A DNA stretch of 51,797 bases, counting the filler, from Piptocephalis cylindrospora (lineage: Eukaryota), in assembly GCA_003614145.1 (NCBI GenBank). It is 2 parts of 2 records of this genome, joined end to end, with 100 filler letters (N's around TTAATTAATTAA, not from the genome) between each part and the next. Parts side by side here need not be neighbours in the genome. Positions count along the whole stretch, not along the records: positions 25,967 to 51,797 come from KZ987775.1; 1 more part is not named here. One strand, written 5' to 3'. Positions within the stretch are counted from its first letter, which is position 1. The number at the start of each line of letters is the position of its first letter. The notes under the pieces are model-generated. The model was given only the letters and a program-made list of their open reading frames with translations. It had not been told where the DNA came from and searched no databases. Shown piece by piece: positions 34,641 through 47,700 of the stretch. Made by a program: the position numbers and the translations under genes.

Positions 34641-36680
34641 ATGGATCAAGCCATCCCACTTCACTCTTACGGACAAAGACGAAGACACCAACGAAGCCAA
34701 AGCTCCCCTACTACCGCCTTGAATAGGCCCATCTGGGAACGTCTTGCCTTCACCCTACTAATTGCTACCTTTTTCGGCGTGCTTCACCTGCTTATCGGCG
34801 AGACCCTATATGCTCTTGATGGAGACACGTCGTGTATAGGTAGGGCGGATTGAGTATAGGCTAATGGTGTTCCTTTATTCATCCTCCCTTCTCCCTCCAT
34901 AGAGCACGTCAAATTGCGTCAAGTAAATTACAAGCCCAAGTCAGAGGAAATTAAAGAGGTCTTTCCAAAGATCCAGGCTAGGGTAATGCACGTTACCAAG
35001 GAATTTGGTCCTGCTACCCTAGGAGGTCTTGGATCGGTGGTGACCTCCTTGGCCACCGTCCAGGCCCACTCGGGACGACTGGGGCATCGTCCCGCCATCA
35101 TCCTTCCCTACTATGCCTTTCTCCAGTCTAAGTACTCGTCCATCAAGCCCCATGGGGACCCATTGGTTCTGGGGATCCCCGAGTTCCCCCACCATCCTTC
35201 GCCCCCCTCCTCACTCCAAGCCCAGGTCTATCATGTGAAGCATCCATTGGACAAGGCTAATGCTACTCACCTGGACCTTTATCTCATTGGCCCTGGCTCC
35301 TTCCCGCCCTTCTCCTCGGCCTTTGCTGCTCCCTCCCCCGCTGATATGTACTATTCTATGGGTGGAGGCTTACCTCAGGAATGGCAGGATCTCTATTATG
35401 TCGCTGCAGTCGCCGCCTTTCTCGACCGGGAGGCCGGCTTCCTCAGAACTCGCGCCTCCCCTCCCCCCTTGCCCCTCCTGGTTCACTTTCATGGCGCTAC
35501 CGTAGCCATGACCCGTGCTTTCCTCTCCTCCCCCATTCCCTCCATCTACACCATGCACGATTACCGGGAGGAGCCCTTGTACAGTCTAGCCCTTTCCTCC
35601 CTCGCTCGCTTCTTCCCATTAATTTCCATCGATCGGCCAGCCTTCTCCTCCTCCCCCTCCCCCGATTGGCCCCTCCCCACAACCTCCTTATCCCCGTACA
35701 TTCATGGAGGAAGGGTCTTCCCTTCGAGTCTGGGCATTGACTCGGCCTCGGCTGTCACCTTTGTCTCCAAGACCTTGGCAAAGCACATGACCCAAGGTAA
35801 CCTGACCTTTACAGGCTCTCCCCTCCTCCTCCCTCCCATCCTTCGTCAGGCCCAGGAGGGCTACTTTACCGGTATTACTAATGGTGTGGACCTGAGCCAG
35901 AGATCCCCCTTCCATCGGGATCCTCAGCTGGCCTCTCGGGGTCTGGCCCTATCTGAGACCTTAAGGGAGGGTGAGATCCATCGGGCCAAGACCAAGGCTA
36001 GAGATGCCCTGGTTGAGGCCGGCATCATCCCTGGTTCACAGACCATCCCGGGAAGGATGGTCTTGTTTGTCGGGAGGTTCCAGTACAACAAAGGCATGGC
36101 CTCCCTTCCCTTGGCTGCCCAGGCCATCAAAAAGCATGGTGGTATCCTCGTCATCATGGGCTCCTACAATGATTACCCGGCTGGGGAGATCAAGGCCCTG
36201 GTTCGGGACTATGCGCCTCATGTCCTCTTGATTGATACCCAGGAGGTGCAGGATACCTGGGGTTCCGTCATCCGACTCGCCGCTGACCTGGCTTTTATCC
36301 CCTCCTTCACCGAGAGCTTTGGTCTCGTCGCTGCAGAGGCACTGCTCTTTGGTGCTGGCGTCGTCACCACGGGTGTCGGTGGTCTACGCGAGTTTCTTTA
36401 TGAGGGTGATAAAGATGGAGTGGGGAGGAACGCTTGGTTTTTCCCCACTCAACCGCTCGATCCTACCGAGGCCCTGGATCACGCTATTTCTTTTCTCGAC
36501 CAAGCTCCTCACCCTGGTGCACTTCAGTCTGAGTGGATCTCCTCCGCCCTTGCCCTGGCCTGGGAGCGTGAGCAAGGCGAGGAGGAAAAGGGGGGTGCTG
36601 ACAGCCCTCTTTCCGCTTACCTTGCTGTTTATCAAGTGGCTCTTTCCCGATCCAGTCAGAGTCGACGAGGTGTTTTGTGA
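34641..36680 (+). CDS. GT-B glycosyltransferase, GT5 starch/glycogen-synthase-like, with an N-terminal TM anchor (intron 34840-34902)
   Basis: VMHVTKEFGPATLGGLGSVV, ILPYY, YTMHD, GITNGVD, FVGRFQYNKG and PSFTESFGLVAAEA...VGGLRE. Exon 1 encodes LAFTLLIATFFGVLHLLI. Confidence 0.82.
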
Positions 36681-36978
36681 GGGGCTGACCATGTAAAAGG
36701 GAGGTGAGGGGGGCAATGTGAAGGGAGAGTGGAAACTAGCAGGGAAAAATTACTCTACACTTGATACTATTGTCAGGATAAGAATGAAGGCACTGTGTAA
36801 TGGTCAAGGTACGAGCAATGAAAGACAGAATGTGTGGCTGAATCACTAGCTCAGCATAAGCCTTCCCTACCCACCCATCCCATTTCCCACATTTATCTCC
36901 AAACATTGGCCATAGTCGGATACTCATCTAGTGGTCCAGCCTTGATAGCCTGTCATGGGGTTCTTGTTGGTCCTGCTT

Positions 36979-37818
36979 TCAGCCATGCTGTTGATCTTGA
37001 TCCTTATCTTGGCCAATATCAGGGGCAGAAACAGGTTCTGGGTCCACATTGAAATAGGTCCATTGACTCTGCGTCGTGGTGCAGGACACGAGCGAGGGAT
37101 AGGGAGAGCCGCTAGGAAAGCCGAGACACACGTCCTTGCCCGAACTGGACTGGATCTGAAAGATACTGCCAGTCGGGTCATTGGCCATTCGACCAATGGT
37201 CCAAAGGGTCTCCTTGGGTGACTTTTTAAAGTTACATACACCTAGAATAATGAGTTTGCTTTCATCGGGGGCAATCGAGAGACACAGGAAGCTCTTTGCG
37301 CTGTCTGAGGTCATAGAGGACTCGACGATCAATTGAGGGATGTTCAATTGAATCATCTGCGTATTGATGCTCCATCGGCCCACGTAGTACCCTCCTGCCA
37401 AATTCGGGATCATCTCCGAGGTCACGAGACCCAGGATGGCCGAGGAGTTGGAGAAGAAAGCCGACGAAAGCATTAATCCTGTGTCCAAATGGATGAGTTC
37501 AGCCACCATGTTCTTTTGATCGGTACTTGCATTGCCCTGCATCACTGCATTGAGTGGTGGCAGGAATAATTCTGTGATGGATCCAGTGTAGTTTTGTTTT
37601 TTGTCCGCTTTATCGCCAAAAGTCGATGCATGGGATGTTCCTGTCGCCGATGAGTCCGAGGATGAAGAAGTGGGGGTGGGCTGGGAACTCGAAGCCGCCG
37701 ACGAAGATGCGGCTGGGATAATATTAAAGTGACCACCGTCTCCTGCTTGGGTCGAGGCGGTGAGGAGGACAAGGAGGAAGAAGAGAGAGGAGAGGAGGAA
37801 GAGATGGGGAGAGCGCAT
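36979..37818 (-). CDS. Secreted protein with a Ser/Thr-rich linker and a ricin-B-like (beta-trefoil) C-terminal domain
   Basis: Signal peptide MRSPHLFLLSSLFFLLVLLTASTQA. Repeated CL-x-C-x-W units (CLSIA...GVC...ETLW; CLGFP...VSC...QSQW). Intronless. Confidence 0.65.
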   Translation of the reverse strand: MRSPHLFLLSSLFFLLVLLTASTQAGDGGHFNIIPAASSSAASSSQPTPTSSSSDSSATGTSHASTFGDKADKKQNYTGSITELFLPPLNAVMQGNASTDQKNMVAELIHLDTGLMLSSAFFSNSSAILGLVTSEMIPNLAGGYYVGRWSINTQMIQLNIPQLIVESSMTSDSAKSFLCLSIAPDESKLIILGVCNFKKSPKETLWTIGRMANDPTGSIFQIQSSSGKDVCLGFPSGSPYPSLVSCTTTQSQWTYFNVDPEPVSAPDIGQDKDQDQQHG

Positions 37819-39393
37819 GATCAAAAAGGAGTTGAGAGTGAATGATCAGTCGTCGTCCAGTTGAAATGCTTGGAGGGTGTTCTTTACTAGACGGGAGTAC
37901 GCTGATCCAGCAGGTTAGTCCCGGCGAGGGGCGAGGGTGGGAGGAGAGAACGAGATGGCCTTGATCGCGGAAGTGTGAGATACGGGCTTTCCTGCTCAGC
38001 AGGGTATGTAGAGTACCAATATAAGGCGATCTGGGGCCTTGGACGGAGGGGAAGAGTGAGGAAGGGGGGGATTGGGATTGATGTGTTGCTTAAAGCGAGG
38101 TATGAAAGCGGGAGATGGTGAAGGAAGGAGGAGGAAGGAGATGGGGCTAGAAATGCCGCCTTTCTCAAAGTCAAATCCTTGTGTTGAGGGCCTTATGTTT
38201 CTCTTCGCCCATTCAGGCTCCCTTAGTACTAGGACAGGGTCCTTTCGGAGTTGGTAACCTATCGGGAGTTATAATATCCTACCTTATCGGAGTTTGATTT
38301 CCGGCTGGGCGACCTAGGGTTTGAGCTTGATAGAGTCTCTCAGTGTGAGAGTATGTGAGAATCTGTGCTTGGCACACTATTAAGCCTCTGTAGTAGGAGC
38401 GACCTGTGCCTATGCACATTCTCCTCTTTCTCTTTCTCTTTCTCTAGATGGATAATCGGCTATTTAACAGTTGATGGACTAGCTTGGTCTCATCTTACCT
38501 GTACAAGATGGGCATTAAATAAGGAACTAGAATTCATCAGCCTGTAAGGCTGACTATCCCCCGGCCCGCTTCATCTCCTTACAGCGATAAGTATTGCAAG
38601 TACTTCAACATTCACGTTTGGAAGGAGACGACTATTGATTACTGACAAAGGCAGCCGGTGCACTTGCTTATTCCCACTAGTACCCGCCTATATTTTGCCG
38701 CTCGCAATGTTATCCAAAAAACACGCCTTTTTGGCGCATCCAAACAGTCCCTTTTCCTTGATCCTCCCTGCACCGAGTTCCCGGTTCATGATTCGCCTGC
38801 ATATACCCTCTAGAGTTCCCTCTTCAGGAGAGATGAATAAACGCCTAGCAATTTATTCTACTATGAAAAAGTTTACTACCATCCATATACGCTCTTTCAG
38901 GAGAGACGTGCCGCGGTGGCGGTCACGCGTCAATACGCGCTTCTTACCCATTTGGCCCAGTCTCCGCCTCGTGTGCACCATCCATTCTCTTCCCCTCATC
39001 ACCCCTGAAGTAGGGTCCATCTCGTCCTAATTCTGCGTCCCATACCCCCTCTCTCTTTCCTCCTCTCTTTCCCTTTCCCTTACCCTACCCTATCTCATTT
39101 CCTTATTCCCCTGTATTCTCCACTATGTCCACCACCCTTCCCCTTGATGACACGCTTACGAATGACGCTGTTAACGGGCCGTGTCCTCTTCATCCCCTTA
39201 GGGTTTATTTAAATTACCCATGTCCTCCTACCCTTTCCTTCCTCAGTAAGGACACAGAAAAGCCACCTCATCTATCCATCCCTCAATCTCTTCCCGTTTC
39301 AATCTCCTTTCTATCCTGCATTATCATACAGCCTTAACCATCCTTCCACCCTCTCCCTGCACATACCCCATCCATATATCCTCTTCGTTGTAA

Positions 39394-42300
39394 ATGGGAA
39401 AGAAAAGGAATCAGAAAAAGGGCTCAAATCAAGGCTCTCGACAAACCCCTCGCCCTAGTTCCCAGCAAACTTCTCCGGCCACCCTCTCCACCGATCTTCC
39501 CACTCATCCTATCACCGGCCTCCCTGACCCTTCCATCCAAGATGCCGCTACCCCCAGGGACCTCGCTTCTGATGCCATCCCAGGCGGTACTTCGTCCCAT
39601 ACCATGCTAGACGATACGGACTCTCGTGATATGCAGAATGACACGACGTCTCGTAACATCCCTGACAACGCCTCCGCCAACACTATTCAGCCTACTATTC
39701 CCGTCTTAGCCCCTCAGCCTGCCACCCATTCCACTTTATCCAATGCACCGATGGCGATGGCTGCTCCACAAGATCAAACTCTGGTGGATTCCTCCGGTTC
39801 CGAGATACAGCGGGACCCATCCATTGCCTCAGTTCCCACTACGGATCCTTCTGGGGAGTTCACCGCCATCCCCGCCAACCGTTACCATTTCGGTGAACGT
39901 TCTCATGTCAATGTTAACCAAGCCCAGAAGGATTATGACAGTCTTCGTCGTCAGCTCACCAAAGAATCCGCTGTTTCCCAGGAGCCCGGGGCGGAAAGTG
40001 CCGCTGAAAAAGGTGAGGCCGGTGAATTTAATGTCCTCAGTCTCATGAAAAGCTACAGAGCCCGTCAAGAAGCACAGGGCGTTCATCGTGTCAACCTCGG
40101 TCTTACCTGGCGTGACCTTAATGTCTATGGTGATGACGTAAGTCATAGTGAGATACCCATGTTCCTCACTCCCATTATAAATCTCTTCGACTTTAAAGCC
40201 CATTGGAACCGCATCGCCCATCGTTCCCCAAAGAAATTCAGTCATATTCTCCACAATCTTACCGGGTACGTGGCTGAAGGAAAGATGCTTCTTGTCCTTG
40301 GTCGTCCCGGGTCCGGCTGCAGTACCCTCCTTCGTGTACTCTCCAACGAGACACGCACGTACAAACGTATCACCGGTGATGTCCACTTCTCAGGCATCCC
40401 TGCCAAGGAGTTTGCCAAACGCTATCGTGGTGAGGTTCAGTACAATCAGGAGGAAGATGCTCATCATCCTACCGTAAGTCGCCCTCTTTTCCTCCATGAT
40501 GGATTCTTTCTTTCCCCCTCTTATCCTCTTCTCCTCATATGTAGCTCACTGTGGATCAAACTCTCAGGTTTGCTACAAAGTGTAAGGTCCCACAAAATCG
40601 ATTACAAAAGTCAAAGACCAGCTTTGTCACCACCCTCGTCGATAACCTGGAGAACATGTATGGTCTCAAGGCCGCCGCCGGTACCCTTGTAGGAAATGCT
40701 TTTATTCGTGGTATCTCCGGAGGAGAGAGGAAGCGCCTTTCCATCGCCGAACAGTTCGCCACCCGCTCCTCGATTGACATCTGGGATGGCTCCACCCGTG
40801 GTCTCGATGCCGCTTCCGCTCTCGATTATGTAAAGTCCCTTCGCATTGTATGTGATATCATGGGCAAGGCCACCATCGCCTCAATCTACCAGGCCTCCGA
40901 GGACATCTATAACCAGTTCGATCGTGTCCTTGTCATTGACGAAGGTCGGTGTCTCTATCATGGCCCCATTGCAGACGCCGTTCCCTACTTCTATGAAATT
41001 GGGTACTCCAAGCCCACTCGTGAAACCACCCCGGATTTTCTCACTTCCCTCACCGATGTCAACTCCCGTCACTTCCGAAAAGGGTATGAAGACAGGGCTC
41101 CTAAGACTGCTAAGGAGTTCGAGGAGTGTTGGGAGAAATCGCAGGCCTGTGCGAATATCCAAGATCGCATGGATGAGTATGAACGTGAGATCGATAATGT
41201 CGATGCCCAATCTGGTTTCCGCGAAGCAGTCAATGAGGCCAAGCAGAAGCGTGCCTCTCCAAAATCCCCCTATACTGCTTCCTTCTATCAGCAGTTCAAA
41301 GCTTGCTTCGTCCGCGAGTGGCAGCTCATCCTTGGATCCCCCGCCAGTAAGATTTTCCAATTGGCCTTCAATCTCATCATTGCTTTTGTGGTCGGATCCT
41401 GTTTCTACCAGCAGAAACTCAACAGCACAGGTTCCTTCACCCGTGGTGGTGTTCTCTTCTTCTCCCTTCTCTTCAATGCCCTCTCCGCTCAAGCCGAGCT
41501 TAATGCCTCTATGTCTGGGAGGCCCGTCATGTATAAGCACAAGAATTTTGCCGTTCACCATCCTTCTGCCATGTTCATCGCCAAGGTCAGTGCTTCCTTC
41601 CTTGCATACTCGCCCCCCTTATACTCATCCTCCTTCCTTCTCCCACATAGAGTATCATGGATATTCCTTTCTTTGCCCTTAACATCCTCGTCTTTGCTGT
41701 CGTTCTCTATTGGCTAGCTGGATTACGAGCCAGTGGCGGTGCATTCTTCATTTTCATGGCCTTCCTTCTCATAGCCACTATTGCGAATGCTGCTCTTTTC
41801 CGTCTCATTGCCTACATCTCTCCCAATGTCGATGTGGCCCACATGATATCCTCCATCTTCCTTATTGTAATGATCCTCTACACCGGTTACCTCATCCCTT
41901 ACTCAGCGATGAGGGGTTGGTTCATATGGATCTACTGGATCAACCCCTTGGCCTATGCCTTGGGAGGACTCCTGATGAATGAATACAAGGGACTGGTTTT
42001 CCAATGTACTGGCCCCTCCCTCGTCCCTTCAGGAGCTCCCCAGTATAATAATGTCGCTAACCAGGTCTGTACCATCCGAGGTGCCACTGCGGGCTCTTCC
42101 ACTGTCACTGGCGATGCGTACCTCCTCACCTACGTGAGTCTTCACACTTCTCGCCGGGGTGTCTGGTTTGTGGCCGTTCTTGCCTTTGCCATTTTCTTCT
42201 GGGTCCTCTCCATGCTAGTTATCGAACACATTGAATTTGGTAAAGGTGGGTACACCGTCAATGAGTTCAAGCGAAGCGCCCTTATTCGTATGGAAGCTGA

Positions 42301-44545
42301 AAAGGAGGCCGAGAGGAGGAAGGCTGAGGGAGTGAATGCTGCAGACGATACCGTCCAAGGAGATGAGCCCCAATCTGGCTCCTATGGTTCAAGAGGCCAG
42401 GGCCCCACTGCAGGCCAAGCCGCCATGGCTTCCCAGGGTCAGTCGACCGACCGTGGATCTATTAATCAAGCATCTTCTACCGATCAAGCGTCCTCCACGG
42501 ACCCATCCTCTACTGCTCAGCTTTCATCCACAAGTTCCCGCTCCTCTGGTGAAGAGCTGGAAAGTAATGCCGCTCCTTTCCTGTGGAAGCACATTAAGTA
42601 CACGGTTCCCGTAAAGTCCGAACCTTCAGGGAAGAGACAACTACTCAACGATGTTAGTGGCTGGTCCAGGCCTGGAAGTCTCACTGCTCTCATGGGCTCC
42701 TCTGGTGCTGGAAAAACCACACTCATGGATGTCTTGGTTCGGAGAAAGACTACCGGCACGGTTGAAGGAGAATCCCTTCTGTGCGGTCGGGAACCTGGCA
42801 TTGACTTTAAGCGCCTCACCGGTTACTGCGAGCAAATGGATGTTCACAATGAATTTGCCACCGTTCGGGAGACCCTCCGATTCTCTGCCGAGATGCGCCA
42901 GCCTGGTCACGTGCCCCTGGAAAAAAAGTATGCCGAAGTTGACAAGATCATCCATCTGCTTGAGATGGATAATATTGCCGATGCCCTTATCGGCAATGTT
43001 GAACAAGGCTTGGGAATTAGTGTGGAGGAACGAAAGCGACTGACCATTGCTAATGAGCTCGTTGCCAAGCCTCGTGTTCTCTTTCTCGACGAACCCACCT
43101 CCGGTCTTGGTAATTTTTTCTTGAATGGTGGTTAATTATGAGGAGGTTCACCTATTCACCCCCTTTCATCTCCCCTCGTAGACTCTCAGTCCGCCCTTAA
43201 CATCGTCCGTTTCCTAAGGCTTCTAGCTGATCGAGGTCAATCCATCTTGTGTACCATCCATCAGCCTTCTTCTCTTCTCTTCCAATCTTTTGATCGTCTA
43301 CTCCTTTTGGCTCGTGGAGGACGAACCACCTATTTTGGCGACCTAGGCGATGACAGTCATATCCTCATTGATTACTTTGAAAGGAATGGGGCAGATAAGT
43401 GTCCCAAGGATGCAAATCCTGCAGAGTACATTTTGGATGTAGTGGGGGCTGGGACTGCTTCTAAGCAGACAAAGGACTGGGCCAACGTATGGGAAGATTC
43501 CCCGGAGCAAGAGTCAGTGATGAAGGAGCTGGATGAGCTATGGGTTAAGGATAAGTCTGAGGCTCCTCCTGAGCGTCCTTACTCCGTTCTGTATGCTCAC
43601 CCTATGGGTGTCCAAGTCAATAAGCTTATGGTCCGATCCTTGCTGGATCACTGGAGGAACGTCAATTATATGCTTTCTCGGGTTCTCCTCCAAATCTTCA
43701 TCGCCCTCCTCCTTGGATTCACCTTTATCCAGCTTGGAGATGGCACTGTGGCCCTGCAGAACCGTGTCTTTGCCCTCTTCCAGACCTCCGTCCTGGGGAT
43801 CACTCTCATCAACACGGTTCAGCCTCGCTTCTTCGATCAACTTAACCTCTTTCACCGTGAGCAGGCTCAGGGCGTCTACCACTGGTTTCCATGGACACTG
43901 GCTGTCATCGTCTCGGAACTCCCCTTTGCCATTCTTTCCGCCACCCTGTTCTTTGTCATCTTCTACTATACTGTGGGTTTCAGTGGGAATGGCGACCGGG
44001 CTGGATATTTTGTTATTCTCTACTACTTCTTCACTTTCTTTGCCTTGTCCCTTGGCCAAATGGTCGCGGCCTGGACTCCCAATCTCTTTGCCGCCTCCAT
44101 GGTTAACCCTTTCCTCGGATCCATGCTCGCCCTCTTCTGCGGTGTCACCATCCCACCAGTGGCCATGCCCGGGTTCTGGAGTAGATGGATGTATTGGATC
44201 TCCACCTATCATTATGGCATTGAGGGCTTCGTCGTCAACGACCTCCATGGAAAATCCGTCGTGTGTGAACCTAAGGAGTACTTTACCCTCAACCCACCCA
44301 GCGGTCAAACGTGTGGCTCCTACATGTCGGAATTCTTTTCCAATGGGTCCCCTGGGTACATTGATAATCCCGGAGCCTCCACCGGATGTCAGTACTGTCC
44401 CTACAAGGTTGGTGATGAGTTCTACGCTACATACAAATGGGCCTTTATCCATCGGTGGAGGAACTTTGCCATCATTATTGGCTTTTGCGCCTTCAATTGG
44501 ATCGCCACCTTCCTCGGTGTCCGGCGGTATCGGGCCAGGTCATGA
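39394..44545 (+). CDS. Full-size ABCG/PDR transporter, SNQ2-like (introns 40474-40544, 41586-41650, 43110-43181)
   Basis: Degenerate NBD1 Walker A GRPGSGCST, signature ISGGERKR, NBD2 GSSGAGKTT with ISVEERKR, FLDEPTSGLD, CTIHQPS and NPAEY. Two TMDs with Cys-rich extracellular loops. Confidence 0.96.
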
Positions 44546-44783
44546 GGATGCTTGGGGGAGACGGACGATTGGGGTATTATGGGGTTTAAGAATGAAAAGT
44601 GTTTGGCATTGAAATTTAACTCGTGCGCCCAAGCAATTCTTTCGCATTAACAAACATAATGGTATCGTCATTAATAATAGGTGTCATATGGTAGTTCTTG
44701 TAAGCAGATAGGATAATATCCAGCAATCTTCCCACACACGTACACACATCCTATGTGGTTTGCCCTTCTCCCTCCGTACAGCT

Positions 44784-47700
44784 CTAATCATTTCGGGCAC
44801 GTCGCATGGCCTCAACCAGTTGTGTCATTCGTTTGCCCTCAGCCTTGGCTGTTCGCACTGCGGATTCCTTTTCGGCCTTTAGGGCCTCTAGGAATCCTGT
44901 GTCTCCACCCTTGCCTTTGGCCATTACGTCGATGCGACCTTCAAGATCCAGGACTCGCTCCTTATACATCTCCAGGTTATGGCGATAAAGGTCTACCTCC
45001 TCAGTGGCCTCTGTTAATTGTCGCTTGACCCGAGCCAATTCCTCCTTAGCAGCTCCACCACCGTTACCGCTTCCCCCATTCCCTGAAGAGCTAGTTTGGT
45101 ATTCGACAAGCTGGAGCTTAACGAGGGATAGGCGTTCCCGAAGCTCCTCCGCTTCCTCGGCCGATTTCCGCGCCTCCTCTGCCTCCCTCTCTAGAGATCG
45201 AACCTGAGATTCGAGGTCTTTGGATCTGGATCGAAGTGTTTCGGCTTCCACCTCCCGAGCCCGGATGAGCATGGTGCCATGGGCAATAGATTCACGAGTC
45301 TCCTCCAATCGTTGTTCGGCTTCCTTGACCTGCCCCAATAGGATAGCTTCCTTACTCTGTCCTGACCGAAGGCTTTCCTCCCTCCCGAGCCTCTCACCTT
45401 CCTCCTTACCTTGCCTCCGACCCTCTTCCATTCCTTGCTTTCTGCCCTCCTCTATACCTTCGCGTCTCCCTTCCTCCAGGGCTGATTGTCGTTCCTCCCC
45501 TTCCCGTTTTTCGCCTTCTTCCTTGAGCTTCGCAAGAAGGGCCCGAAGTTCCAGGGTGTCATCTTTGAGTTCTCGTTCCTGTTGCTGGGCAATACGTAGC
45601 TCCCGAGTAAGGCGATCGATCTCGCTAGATGCTTGCTCTGATGCTTCTCGATCTCGTCTTCCTCGATCGTCTAGACGATCATTGATCTCGACGTAGCGGC
45701 GTTGCACATCCCGGAGTTCCTCCTCCGTCTTTCGGACCTTCCCCTCGAGCTCCAACTTTTCCGCCTCCCATCGACTTCCTTCCGTACCGGTTAGGTTTAA
45801 CTTGGCTTCCAGCTCATCTCGGGAGCGTTCAGCTGCCTGAACTTGACGATCCCGTTCCTCCTCAGTCTCTCGGACCTTGACCTCTAGATCAGTCCTATCC
45901 TCTTGAATTTCCCGGACCCTTCGCTCCAGGTCATCCCGATCATCCTCAAGCTCCCGGATGGTCCGTTCCATCCGGTCATGCATCTCCCGGCCCTTGCTCA
46001 GTTCTCGTCTCATCTCCTCGAGCTCTCCGGACTCCCCAGTTTCTCGTCGAGCAAGATCTTCCTCTGCCCGTCCCCGATGTAGGATTGCTTCATCCAGATC
46101 ACGCTCCACTCGCTCCCTTCGGACAGTTTCATCCTCCAGGTCCCGTTCAGCCCTCTTCCGTCGTTCTACCTCGGCCTCTAAATCCTTCTCCAGCTCCTTA
46201 ACCTTCAGTTCCCACCTTGATCTATCGCCCTTGAGCTCCTCTAGGTCGGCTTGGAGATTCTGGATGGTTTGCTCCAAATCCTGTTCATTCGCTTTACGGC
46301 CTCGATCAGCTGCAGCTTGAGCTTCCTTGCCTCCATCGACTTGACGACTCAAGGCCTCATTTCGATCCTGGAGGGAAAGGACTTTATCCAGGAGATCTCC
46401 TCGTTCCCGTATAATGCGATCCATTTTGGTAACCAAGGCCTCCATGCCAAATACACCGGGGGAAGCGGGGACCTGAGAATCAGTATCGTCTCCCCCTCGA
46501 CCGATGCTTCTGAAGCTATTGGAGCCACTAGGGGAAAAGGAAGGAGTCGAAGAAGATCCTATGCGATTCCACACCCCCCTTAGCATTTCCTCCGTATCCC
46601 GAGCACGGGCTTGAAGACCATCCACATCCTCGGTGGCATCGCGTAGACGAGACTGTAACTCTAGGAGTCGCTCCTTCTCTCGAACCATCCTTCTTTCTCG
46701 TTCTGCTCCTTCCTCCCGTTCGCGCTCCATCCGTGCACGCTCAACCCGTTCTTGCTCCTTTTCAATTTTATCCCGATCCCATGCGTCTTGGACCTCAAGG
46801 ATTCGGCGCTTGGCCTCTTCCCGTTCCTGGACAGCCTCTTTGAGCGAGGCCTGAAGGACGGTGCGAAGCTCACCTTGATCATCCTCGGCACTACTGAGTC
46901 TGTCTTCAAGAATTTTGTTACGGGTGCGTTCCTCAGCCAATTGGGTCTCGAGGGTTTCCACGGTCTCGGCCAGGGTCTCTCCCTCCTCCCCGGTCAGACG
47001 AGCGGACCCAGCCCTAGCTTCAATCTCGGCCTGTCTGACCCCGTGGACAAGGGCAGCGGCCGTATGCTGTAATAATCGCTTCTCGGCTTCGGCGGCTCTC
47101 TGACTCAGTTTCCACAGCTCGGTAGCCACCATATCCACCTTGCGGGTAGCAGCGGCAAGTTGAGATTCGGCCTGCTCGGCCAAGCGGGCATTACCAGCAT
47201 GAAGCCTTGCCAAGTTCTCGGCTGCGGCACGAATCTGAGATTCCAGGGCTAGACGAGCGGTTAAGCCCTCAACACGGGCTCTAAGGGTAGCAACGTCTTT
47301 TCTGACAACTTCCACTTCCTCCATCCCAAGGATTTCGAAAGAAGAGGCATCCATGGCAGCTTGGGAGACCTGAAGATCCAAGAGCATATCCTCTGCCTGA
47401 TTGGCCGCGGACATTTGCCTGAAAGCCATGTCTGGTCCTGTAAAGCAAATGGCAATTAGCATACTATAGGGATAAGTTGAAACAATAAAGACTGGCTTAC
47501 TAGAAGGAAGAGAATGAAAGGATTGAACTCGGGGGGAGCTTGGGGCCGATAGGATTTCCTTGGCCAAAAGAGCGCCCGACGGAGCTTGTTGGAGGGGGGT
47601 TGAGGGGGTGGGAGAGTTGGTGTTGGTGTTGGAGGAGGAGGTGGGAGTCCCCGGTCGATTGAATCGATCACTTCGTCGATCCTCGGCTACCCCAACACTA

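Noticed and set aside
39829..44612. Long alternative-frame and antisense ORFs within the ABC transporter (e.g. 43533..44612, 43538..44452)
   Set aside because: Shadow ORFs expected from codon bias in a GC-rich coding region, with no motifs.
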